The notes beneath the pieces were generated by a model, which had not been told where the DNA came from, ran no database searches, and worked only from the letters and a program-made list of their open reading frames with translations. From positions 310,001-374,000 of the forward strand of contig JASANG010004131.1 in the NCBI GenBank assembly GCA_030248215.1: DNA of 64,000 bases, in the 5' to 3' direction. How positions within the stretch are numbered: position 1 is the first letter of the stretch; every line of letters starts with the position of its first letter. The DNA is from Enoplolaimus lenunculus. Taxonomy: Eukaryota. The translations under genes and the position numbers were made by a program. Shown here one piece after another: positions 13,401 to 24,129 of the stretch.

Positions 13401-16304
13401 CAAGTAACCAATCAGAAAACGCACAGCTTTATCACACATAATTCCGCCTGACGCTAGCCTAAGTCGTAGTTCCACTCTAGACTAATCCAATTCGGAATTG
13501 GGCTCAATTACGGCTTGGGCTATGACATATATACGCTCCTGTGCATGCCTCAAAATTTATTAACATACACTGTTAGCTTGACGCAGTGAGCAAAAGAAAT
13601 CTATTTCGTTCGATATCTGTGTTGAGCTCATTCTTCGTCAGCTGTTTTCAGATAACTATATGGGCAGCTCACTCAACTTACCAAGCGGACCCACGGAATC
13701 GAGGAAGTCTTCAGATGAAGGCCGGTGAAATACACAAACAATTGTATAAACGTGATTGCAAGGCAAAAACAGCCGGCGAACATAATGAATGGATACGCAG
13801 ACCATGCTTTTAAGCCTGCTTCAATCAGAGCGATGATAATGATGCAAAATATCTGTAAACAAATTTAAAATCACAACAAAACAAAAATAAACATGCATAT
13901 TGTGGCAGAAGTTTGCCAAAAAATCTGCTTGACTATTTCACTCTCAGGATATAGATATAAATCTATATATTAAATCTAGAACGCGTCATATATACGTATT
14001 TTGGGCACCGTTGCAGCACAAATAAACATTATTTTTAACCATATTTAACAGATCGTTCAGCAGAAGAATTAGTGCGCATAAATTTACTGATAGTCGAATT
14101 CTGTAAGCTTACACGGTGGGTTGACGAATACCTTCTTTGATAAACCATACACTTTGCGAAAACGTGTGAAACTACAGCGCTTTGGAAAAGTTGCACATGT
14201 TTGCAACCACGGCTAGTAGTGAAATTTAATGCTCAAAAGTTCACATGCTAAACGTGTGTACTTATCGAATTTTTTAGATATGACATACGATAGTTGTCTT
14301 AACAGACATGTTGCGAGTGTTTTTGTTTCTAATGTATTTGACACAGTTAGGGTTGGTTGTGCAACTAACTATCTGATAAATTCTTTAGCCTATTTAATAT
14401 ATGTACGATACAGGTACAGGCGCGGGATGTTAAAATCACTAAGCTAATTGTATTCCGGGTATTTTGTCCGGCTATTTTTGAAACACGACCCGAGTCCGCA
14501 ATGATTTTTTGTGAAAACCCGGACCTGGACCGAAATTTCCGAACCCGGATGCAAATCTACCAACCATATACGTATATTTTTCACCGTTTCCTTTACAGAG
14601 TCATCGAGTTGCCCCAAAGATAACCGAGCACTAGCGGCTGCGTTTAAGTATCTCTTTAATCATTCCATTGATGGATGAAAATTAAGCATACACTTCTGTA
14701 TCATAGCTGTTTTAAGCCGTATCCCAGCGCCGCAACCAGAAATTGTTAACAGATTCGCAAAAACATCATCATGAGGAAGAAGCAACGAAAGAAAAAATTT
14801 CTAACAGCAACTTTTTGCTGCGCGGAGTTAAAATTCTCGGTCAGTTGAGGCAAACAAATCCTATTAGGGTCGATCGACCGTGCTTCACTCGTTCGCCGTA
14901 CTGATTCCGTATACAGTGGCGCAGCAGCTGGTGGGACTGGGGGGCGACACTTTTATTTTTGAAGCCAGAAAATGTTGCATCCCCCATCTTAGAAATTATT
15001 AAAAATGCATTTAGATTCTCGATAGCGAAGATTGTTCCACTATTATTTAACGCGTCCCAGCTTATGTTGCCCCCTCGTTTTTTGATCAGCTGCCGCGCCG
15101 TGGTCCATGTGTGTACAAGGGTGCGACGCGGATTTCTGACTCCAGCTCCGGAAAAAATCAACATCCGGCTTTGGCTCCCGTATTTTTACTTGCCGGATAT
15201 TATTTCTAAAAAACTTCAAAAAATTTATACCATCATACGTATTTATGCCAAGGAATTCGTTTACATATTTTTTTCTGTCACATATGTTATGTAAATGTTT
15301 GCATGTGACCGTGACGGTTCACAATCTTTATTGGGTTACAATAACGCTTGAAAACCACATATAGATGACGAGCGTTATTCTAGGGGCGTAACAGAATAAG
15401 TCTATGTCTATTTCTATTATTCCTAAGGCTAAGCCATAAAATTCAGCTTGAAAATGGGTCTATAACTAAGTCTAAGCCTTAGCAAAAATAACAGCTTTAA
15501 TCCGAGTCAGGGATGGACGGAGATCGGCCATGAAAAGTCTCGGTTCGGGCAACTTTTGATTATCATCGCAAAAAATTAAATTTTCAAAATAGATTATTTC
15601 TAATGCTTTTTTCGTATTTTTTGTTTTTTTCAGAGTTTTTGTGGGTTTTCAGAGTTATTTCGTAACTATTGAAATTCATAGATTCATAGCGAAATTTTAT
15701 TCATCAGGTACTACTTGCTTCAACAATGTTTACTTCTGATTTTTACAGCTCTACCAGCCTTTGCTGAATCGCCGACTTCTAGTGTCGGTTCCAAACCACC
15801 GAGACTCAAGAAACCAGAAACCTGCCAAATACAGAGGCTTGCCGAGACTGAAACACAGACTCCCATCCCTGATCTTACACATCTCTGACCTGCAGAAAAC
15901 TGAATGCCTTAAAACGAACATGAGCCAAACAAATATTGGAACGGAACGCAACGCTACAAAAACATAGAATAGTATAATATTGTCGTTGTTAAAGTGTTCA
16001 AAACGCATCGGTGTGAGACGTTAAACTTGACACGTAAACGCTTTGGGTATCTTAAGCCACAGAAGAAAAAATTGTTAGCCTCGTTCTGATATTTGAATGC
16101 AATCTAGTAATAGATTTGAATTCATTATCCGTCTCCGACCGGATAGTAGATTACCCGGCTCCAGCTGCGTCAGTTTTTAGTATCCGGTCGCACCCTGATA
16201 CATACATGTATATATACTTGTAAAAAACACAAACAGCAACTCAAACCTACAATTTGTAACCATTTGAGCATCGGATGAGTTGTAAAACAATATCGAACAT
16301 TCAT
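10481..16304 (-). CDS. MARVEL-domain 4-TM membrane protein (CMTM/plasmolipin-like), about 156 aa, 4 exons: 16304-16251, 13852-13682, 12187-12023, 10561-10481; possibly decaying
   Basis: Manual translation: MNVRYCFTTHPMLKWLQI | IFCIIIIALIEAGLKAWSAYPFIMFAGCFCLAITFIQLFVYFTGLHLKTSSIPWVRL | EYGFDALAALLFACCFGIAVFDTVKMYDGNWRHHDGYGPHGITPTEWKQRMAAIS | AFSGANMVLYFLTAVMVHQSGIRTIL*. All junctions are phase 0. Donors are gtaggt, gtaagt, gttagt; acceptors are tttacag, tttttcat (non-canonical), tttaag. Four hydrophobic helices with MARVEL-like LK..QI, PW...E and AF...N..LY patterns. Confidence 0.8.
11664..11735 (-). pseudogene. Degenerate paralogous copy of the 3' half of MARVEL exon 3
   Basis: DHDGSETYGMTSREWKQCMSIAL aligns without gaps to HHDGYGPHGITPTEWKQRMAAIS. 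The donor position reads ctttgt rather than gt. Confidence 0.7.
11899..11946 (-). pseudogene. Truncated alternative exon 4 of the MARVEL gene (GFCILET then repeat-derived KRKNTYQS*)
   Basis: gtttag acceptor 76 nt after the exon-3 donor, phase 0. It starts like TM4 and then runs into a repeat. Confidence 0.5.
12023..12187 (-). CDS. MARVEL gene exon 3 (TM3 plus loop) with non-canonical or mutated acceptor
   Basis: 55 open codons and gttagt donor. Preceded by cttttttcat. No AG occurs before an in-frame TGA at 12214-12212. Confidence 0.75.
12197..13170. repeat. Left arm of a diverged inverted duplication of about 1 kb (MARVEL intron 2); composite of nested MITEs
   Basis: Reverse complement of about 15200-16218. 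For example, cctgatgaataaaatttcgctatgaatctatgaattt pairs with aaattcatagattcatagcgaaattttattcatcagg, and ggataatgaattcaaatcta pairs with tagatttgaattcattatcc. Confidence 0.9.
13227..13528. mobile_element. Palindromic MITE with long TIRs flanked by TATA
   Basis: tata-tgtcgtagcccaagtcgt ... acggcttgggctatgaca-tata; arms pair imperfectly over about 90 nt. Confidence 0.8.
13682..13852 (-). CDS. MARVEL gene exon 2 (TM1-TM2), 171 nt, frame-preserving
   Basis: tttacag acceptor, gtaagt donor, 57 open hydrophobic codons ending IPWVRL. Confidence 0.85.
15200..16218. repeat. Right arm of the inverted duplication (MARVEL intron 1)
   Basis: Colinear reverse-complement match to 12197-13170, including the nested CAGGGATG...TCCCTG element, with an indel near 15880-15965. 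Confidence 0.9.
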
Positions 16305-16716
16305 TATGCAATACTAATCTAACAATTGTTAAAAACGTCTTAAAATATACAATTTCATTGCGCGTTCTCGGGTATTGCTTCCCACCCCCATCCGGTGTTC
16401 GCCTAAAATGGTTCGATTTTGAAAATGTTTGCATATTTGAGCTTCCCATACTCAATTAATACTTGCAGCACTGTGCTCATTTCACAATTAAATGCGTAAA
16501 TTAGATTTGTTGAAAATTGGGTTTTTAACGTCCCCAGGTCCCACCTTCCGGACCCAAAAAAGTTTTTTGTCAAAAATTTTCGCAGAAAATACCTGATTTC
16601 ACTAATGTTCCGGTGCAAATAATGGTCCAATAAATAACAGGTTAGAGAGCCAGAGACTAATGCTGATCATACCAGTCAGTGATTATTTGTTTGCTTTCCC
16701 CAACACTAGTGTTAAT

Positions 16717-16955
16717 CGGTGACCGGACAGAAGGTTCCCGAACAAGTGGTCGCCGGACAGATGGCTGCCGGACAAAATACCGTCCGGACAAAAGACCGTT
16801 AAATAAAAGGCCGCCTGGTTAAAAGACCGTCTGAACAAAAGACCGTCTGAACAAAAGACCGTCTGAACGAAAGACCGTCTGAACGAAAGACCGTCTGGAC
16901 AAAAGGCCGCATGGACAAAAGTCCGTCTGGACAAAAGTCCGTCCGAACAAAAAGA
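16717..16955. repeat. 16-bp tandem array (aaagaccgtctgaaca)
   Basis: More than ten head-to-tail degenerate units with no spacers. Confidence 0.9.
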
Positions 16956-17334
16956 AACTTTCAACTTTTAAATATTGGCTGTGTTGCAGAGACATGACTT
17001 AAGTTGACCTTTGACTGCAGCCAATTTGGGCTTAAATCAACAAAGACGCTTAACATTACGAATCAAAAGCGCTTGGAGGTACGAACTGTCCCATTTTAAA
17101 CTTAGCGCTAGTAGGTATATAACTCAAAGTTAGCATAGCACAACCTTCAGCAAGTATTGATTATTTGGGAAAAATAAACGGCGTGTGGAAACACTCCGAC
17201 TTACAATGAAAACTACGAAACATAAGTAAAACATTGACTGAAGTTGAATTCGACTTGTCATGTTTTTGTACCCCAGCAATTAGCTTGTTTTCTCAGTTTA
17301 ATTAAACGTGACAAAAGCACAAATATTTCTACAG

Positions 17335-17630
17335 TCTTCACACGTGTAAATTTTTGCAGCGAGAATTCGCAGGTGGAACTTGTGCGAAATACTTGCAGCT
17401 GTAAGTATTTTCAAAGGAACATTCCGATTGACCAATCAAACTGCAGGTACAAGAAATTCAAGCGACTTGCAACTGCGTTCACAACTGCGAATTAAATTCA
17501 ATAGCATGATTTCCAGTGAATAAAATTTGCAGCTGCAAGACCTTCAACGCTGTTTTGTGACCAAACTTGCACATGTAAAAGTTGCACGTGCAATTTTTTG
17601 CTGCAAAAACTTGCACGTGTGAATAGGGCT
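17335..17630. mobile_element. Hairpin MITE (ttcacacgtgtaaatttttgcagc ... gctgcaaaaacttgcacgtgtgaa)
   Basis: Imperfect TIR of about 25 bp. Confidence 0.7.
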
Positions 17631-18829
17631 AAACAATGGTAGCACACGAAAAAAACATAAAAATACTAACGATCTTCATTTCTGAAACACTACATATAAA
17701 CCCGGTTGTATTCCAAAAACGTACCACTGGTTTGAATTACGCGCAGATATATATTTTCAAACCCGAAATTTTTATATACACGGGGGAAATACGGGGGGGT
17801 ATGTCCCCTCCTGAAATTTCTGAAGAAAACATTACAAAAAACGCAACGCGGCATTTACACAAACTTTAAAAAATAACCTGTTCAATTCTGAAGGTCAAAA
17901 TTAATTTTCTTGCTCCTTTTACCGCTTCTGAAAAACAATGTTCACATTTTGCTGTTGAAATGATATTCGCGTCTGAAAACAACAACGAATAGTCCAAAAA
18001 TCGTCAATAATCCAACATTGGTGAACACATCTGGCTCTGGCAATGGTGATTAAATATGGATCGTACAGAGACACACAGCAAGTAAGCTTTGATCGTATTT
18101 GGGTACAAAATACGGATATAGTACACTTGAGCGGCACACTTTTTAAGTTCTTGTAATGACTTCACGTGCCGTCCGTCGCCGAACGCGGCCGTACGTCAAC
18201 GTCCATCGCCGAACGCGGCCGTACGTCAACGTGCATCGCTTCCGTGTGTTTCTGTACGTTACGGCTCGTAACCGTGCAGTATCGTACGCGGGCAGACGGC
18301 GCTGCAGACAGGTATAGCGCCGCTCAAAGGTTTCTGTTGAGGAACCGCTTCTGTAAACCCTAAGTCTTTTCCTGAGCCTGGTAGTTACCGGAACAAGAAG
18401 GCTGGTAATAAGAGTCCGAGAGCCCTATTGTTTGCCTGAATCAAATAGAATCTATTTCCCTAATGAGAGTCTGTAAAACGAATAGAGTCAAAATTACTAA
18501 TTTGAGGCAGTAAATGTCAATTAACGTCCTAATGCGATCGTTTAAATGCTTCCTGGACCTAATTAAGTTTACTACAAAATTAGATTTATTACTCAAAGTA
18601 ATTATATATGTGCCTATATACGCAGCCGCATACTCACGTCCTAAGGTTCCTAAATTAGTCAGCTTAAAGCGTAGAAAATCAGGGCCAATGTAAAGAACAG
18701 GGGCGGATGTGGTCCAAACAATAAGCGCTGGATTGAAAAATAAATAACAAGCCATATGGTAAAATAAATATCAGTTCCCCGTCTTATTCGGGACACAGCA
18801 GCAGTTAGCCGACGCCTGAATGTATATGG

Positions 18830-19270
18830 GGAGGGGTATCAACCAGTCGGCATTTGGGGCTGGATTTAAAACATTTTGCATATTTCCGCTTCTCATGACC
18901 TCCTCTGATCATTTCACGCTCAAATTGGGATTTCACAATAATTCGAATTTTTAAGGTCCCAAGCCCCCCCCCCACATTCAGACCCAAAAATTTTTTGTCA
19001 AAAATTTAGACACATTACGTACCCTTTGACGCAGCTTGCGGTTTAACGAATTATTGTCAAATAACTGATTTGGCGTGCTGCCAACGGTTTGGGACGGCAG
19101 CCAAATTAGTTACATGACAATAACTTGACAATAACTCGTTAACCAGACAAGATTGAATTTTTCAAAAATTCCAATTTGGACGTGGAATGATCAAGGGAGC
19201 TCATAAGACGCTTAAATATGCAAAAATTTCAAAATCCAACCATTTTTGGGCAAACGCTGTTTGCGGGATA
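18830..19270. mobile_element. Fold-back MITE family with central aataactgatttggcg...gccaaa palindrome; other copies at about 10770-10900, 16380-16620, 20560-20750, 21860-22600, 59520-60485
   Basis: Shared motifs tctcatgacc..ctgatcatttcacgc and gacccaaaaaatttttgtcaaaa; arms are reverse complements. Confidence 0.75.
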
Positions 19271-22017
19271 ACGTAAAAGACACGCTGAAAGTGTGCTAGA
19301 GCCGAAAATACAGCGCCGTCGTCGAAAGTCAGGCGGATCCGGCCATGGTTGTAGTAGGACCACATTTTTGGGATCATGAGATCGCAAAACTGCTGGCCAA
19401 ACGAACCGAAATGCAATCGCCGTCTGGTTAACAGTGAAACTGCTGTGTACGTAGGCCACGATTTTGGAAAAGCGGGGTTGGAAAAGCGGGGCCCCATTGT
19501 GTAAAAATTCCGAAGGAAGTTTTCTTGTGCTGCCAGCTGAAACCGTGTTTAAAAACGTTAAATAAACATCGCAACCATTGGTTCGACCCCTCACTGGCCC
19601 TGTGGTTGCGACCTTGGCGTTCGCACGGCTGCACTGCAAACCTGTTTGAAATTTATCTTTTATCGAATAGTGCTTCAAAATAAAATACAAACTCTCTGAA
19701 CGAGCAATGGATTTGGGCGAATGAAAATGTTGGCCACCCCATGCCAGCGGACGATTGTATACTGAAAATTTAAGGGCTGTAAGCGTATGTTTCAAGTACA
19801 TGTTTCCGCAAGAATCAACCTTAATTGAATGCTATTTGAACACTAAAACAGCTATAATGCTACATTTTGTTCATACGCAAGTTTTGAACTTTGGTTCAGA
19901 TCCCCATGGGAAAATTTTGCCCCCCCCTAGAAAATTTTCAACCCTGCTCATAACTCATTGAAAACGCTTGAATGCGGCTCCTGAAATTTTTTTAGCCCCC
20001 TAGCAAGGTAAGCTGGCAACGGGCCTAACAATGCCCCTAAACACGCATCTGAACAGTTGAATATTTCGCCTTTTAGTTTAAGCTCCAATCTACTTCTTCG
20101 TTATGTCCAAATGTGAAAATTTGGGAAACTGTAGAGTGTAATGTATACGAGCTCAAAGTTAACAGTATTTTGGTACAACCGCTCTTCAACCGACGGCAAG
20201 CAGTTTTATTTCCCTGTTTCAGTTGTTTTACAATTCGCACCGTTCAAAACATTTTACAAGTATATGCTCTTATCGCAATCCGACCGAAATAAAGTTTTTT
20301 TGTCGCTGGGCGGTCTGAAAGAAAACGACAATTTTAAACCAAGCCGCACAACAAATTTAAACAATCTTTTTTGCTATGATGCTTGTGGACGTGTACGAAG
20401 ACAAAAGGGCGTTGTTAAAACATCAACAAGAGCGTAAAACTAGCGAGAAAATTGTTTTCTAACTACTAGAATCTAGCAAGTTTTATAAAATTCTAAAACC
20501 CTGTACAAGCCAGGGGTGGTGATATGAAGAACCTATGGGTGGGAGGACGCACGTACATTTTTTGGGTGATTTTGGTCATTTCTTCCTGCCGGCGTGTTCG
20601 TCCAAAGGTGGTTGGATTTCGAAAGTTTCTGCATTATTTGAGCTGCTCATAACATCCACTGATTATACCACGCCCAAATCTGGATATTTGAAAATTTTGG
20701 CTTTAAGGTGGTCTCACGGCCCTACCTTGGGCCCCAAAAAAATTTTGTTATAAAGAATTTCAAACAAGACCGTAGTCAGTTCACTTTGTTAGAAAAGGGC
20801 TACAAATTTTCGAGCGGCCCCCCCTGCCGAGGCCTGAAGCCAGATTACCATGCTAGGGCGGGGGGGGGGGCTAAAAATTGTAAAGGAGGGGCATCCAAGG
20901 GTTTTTAGTGACTTGCAAGCAAGGTTGAAAACCTGCCGCCCTTCGCTAGGTACCCGCTATACCGAGCCAAACATAATTTCATTACTTCTGAAAATGCAAA
21001 GCACGACCTTAAACGTCAGAGATTAGAGATGGAGCCAGACTTCATTTCGCGTGGAGATAATCACTGATGAATTAAGAGGGGGCGGCCCTGCCTAGGCCGG
21101 CAACCGGAATAAAAACCAAGATTTTCTTAATGGTTTCACACTAAAATACCGTTTGGCTTCTCGCATGAGTGTTACGCTCAAAATGACTATAACGCAAAAT
21201 TTTTCGCGAGCGAGAAAATTTTCTATTTTATTTTCTGCGACCGCCCCTGTAGTAGTGTGACAAACAACTCTGAAGTAATCCCAAAACGAATATTTGATAT
21301 GCACACTGCATTCGACTCGCACTACTGTTTCTTATGCCCGTTCTCAAATATTTTTAGCCTTCCCCCGCTAGCAAAGCAAGGTGAGTCGGGTACGGGCCTG
21401 TGTCTCTAAAACGTTCAATGTGTTAAGCAAAATAAGTGCAATACTAAGAAAAAACACAGCAACAAATATTAAGATCGCAATAACACTATGCATATGCGAA
21501 TTTAAGAGGTTGAGTGTATACGTACGTAGACTATGATGATGAATCATCATACAGAGAACATCATAGACTGTTCTACAGCGATATTTACAGCTTTACTATC
21601 ATGTGTAGGAAAAGGGAGTACATGTCCCCACTACCCAATAATGGCTAATGGGCGGTCGTTATAACGGTCCGTAGCGTCAACGAAGGGCGGTGATTAGGGA
21701 GCGGGCGGTGGGTCGCCGCCCATTGGTCTAAAGCTGACGAAATTTTTTTCGCGTATAAATTTAATGTTTCGACACTCTTTTTGGTTGCATTCTCAGCGTG
21801 TAACCAACTGGTTTTCAAACATATTTCCCTGTGGAAAATGTAGCTAACTCCAAATTCTTTTCGGTTATCTCCCAGCCGGCGACTACCCAAAGATGGTTGG
21901 ACTTGGAAAATTGTTGCATATTTCAGCTTCTCACAACTTCCCTTGGTCCGGGACCAAATTTGAATTTTTGAAAAATTGATTTCTTAAGGTTCCAAAGACC
22001 AAGTTACCTCTTAAGCC

Positions 22018-22412
22018 CAGGGTGCGACGGGAATTTCAGTTCCGGTAGGGAATCAGGTATTTTCTCACTATCCGGTTTCGGTAAAAAATGCGGTATTTTT
22101 TCGCCGGAATTTTCAGGTAGTTTTGGTATTGAAAATTATTTTCTCATTCGAAAATTACAGAAAAATTACCATTTTATTGTTATTTATTTTCATAAACTGT
22201 CTGAGCTTGTATTGCCGAAATCTGCAATTTGAGTCACACTCCATAATTTGTCATACGTTTCAAGCTACTTCTTTTACTTCAGGATTGTGGCATCCTAAAT
22301 GGTGTGAATGAATTTTTCGGTAACAAGAATTTTTTATTTTCCAGTTCCGGTTCCGGTATTTTTAACTTTCTGGTTCCGTTTCCGGTATTTTATAATTCAC
22401 GGTTGCACGCTC
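22018..22412. mobile_element. hAT-like MITE with perfect 8-bp TSD (cttaagcc) nested in a fold-back element
   Basis: cttaagcc|cagggtgcgac ... gttgcacgctc|cttaagcc. Confidence 0.85.
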
Positions 22413-23624
22413 CTTAAGCCAAATGTTTTTTGTTAAAAACTTGGATAAATTATGTACCATTCGACGCGAGCCGAGTGCTATTTTTTAAATTTTCCACAAT
22501 CAAACCTTTGGTTAACGAGTTATGGACAAATAACTGATTTGACGCCGTCCCAAATCATTCGTAGTGTGCTAAACCAGGTATTTCATCATATTAACTCGTC
22601 ATGCAGACTCTGAAAAGCAAAACTTCACGACAGTTGGGCTCAGATCAACAAGCTGCTGAGATTATGGTTAAAAAGGTCGAGAGTAAAAATAACAGAAGCC
22701 AGAGAACGACTTAGCTAGAGGTAGCGGATAACCGAGGGTTAGTATGTACTTGGCACTGAGAGCGCACTGGGCTCTATGTGACAACCTGTGATGAAACAAT
22801 TGAAGTACAGACTGTGTCAAAGGACCTTGGAGCTATTTCCATGTTAGACAAAATGGTAGCTTGACAATATTCAAGTCTTTGTCTGAAAAGTACAAAAAAG
22901 TGTTCGACGTGTGAAAACAGTTAAATTTTTAGGCTAACATACTAAACGGGGGTGGAGAAAATCTCGAAGGGAAGGTTTGTGTCAGTCTATGTAGGAAGCG
23001 GGACTTCAGGCCTTTTTTACTAAACAGCTGGGTAAGCGGGTTACGGGTGGTTTCAAACAATTGACCTGCCTGTTAGGCAGATGCGCCAGCAAGCATACAA
23101 TACAATGTGCCTTGCATATATTGCATATGCATCAGGACAAGCATGTCTCATGCTTACACCTTGGATCGACCGGATGTCCGGTTCATGTTTAATATCCGGC
23201 AAAATCCGACATCCGGTTTCCGGTATACACCTGTTGGATACCGGATATTTGTGGTTGTGATTCCAAATATCATAAATCTGTTTTTGCACGTCAAAATACT
23301 AGATAATTTAAAGCGGCTGCAATTCCGAGCAATTCATGAATGGACACTGACATGGAATGAAATATCTGAACCAAAAATTAATCTTAAATCCATAAATACA
23401 TATTGTTGCACGATTCAAACACTTCCAACAGTGTACAAATTTAGATCCTTTATTCGGTTAACATCCGGCTCCGGTTGCGTTACAAAATTCACTATCCGGT
23501 TCCGGTATCCGGTAAAATTAATATCAGGTCAATCCCTGGCTTACACTATGCAATGTGCATTGGATATATTGCATATGCGCCAGGACAAGCAAGTCTCGCA
23601 TGCTTACATGCTCCAATTTTCTAC

Positions 23625-23850
23625 AAGGTCGTTCCTTGGCCGTCCACCCTATTTTCGACGGGATACTGTGTTCATAGCGCGGCAATTTACCATTGAGCTT
23701 ACGGCGTAAGCCGTCATGTCGGTTTAGGTAGGAACCGGGTCTTCAGACCTTTCAACTAAGCAGCTGGAAAACGGGTTACGGGTGGTTTAGAACTAGCGAC
23801 CTTCTGTGTGTCAGGCAGACGCTGTTACCACTGCGCCACCTAGCTCGCCT
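23625..23850 (-). mobile_element. tRNA-derived SINE-like element; degenerate partial copy at about 22990-23085
   Basis: The minus strand begins gctaggtggcgcagtggtaacagcg (A box) and continues to tagttctaaacc (B-box-like), followed by a body shared with the second copy. Confidence 0.65.
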
Positions 23851-24129
23851 TCAACTACTTTTATTGTCGACCGTCTGCTGCCGGCAAGCATACTATACAA
23901 TCTACATTGCATATATTTCATACGCGCCAGGACAAACATGTCTCACATGCTTACAATTTGAACCGGGAGCAAACCGAGTTTGGGGGCTTTGGCCAAGTTC
24001 GAAGTCATCCCTCTCCAGTAGGAATCACCCAGTTATATGCTAATGGATAGGGCATATATATATAGATTTATAAGTAAATTAAATACGGTACCTATATTTA
24101 TTCAAAGTAACCATTTATTTTTAGCGACC

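Noticed and set aside
16717..16955. CRISPR-like array
   Set aside because: Head-to-tail 16-bp units with no unique spacers, no cas genes, and a eukaryotic context.
19229..19801. 190-aa minus-strand ORF
   Set aside because: It spans repeat fragments and has no recognisable domain or splice structure.
23107..23709. 200-aa plus-strand ORF
   Set aside because: Read-through of a CCGGAT-rich MITE and a SINE, with no protein-like features.
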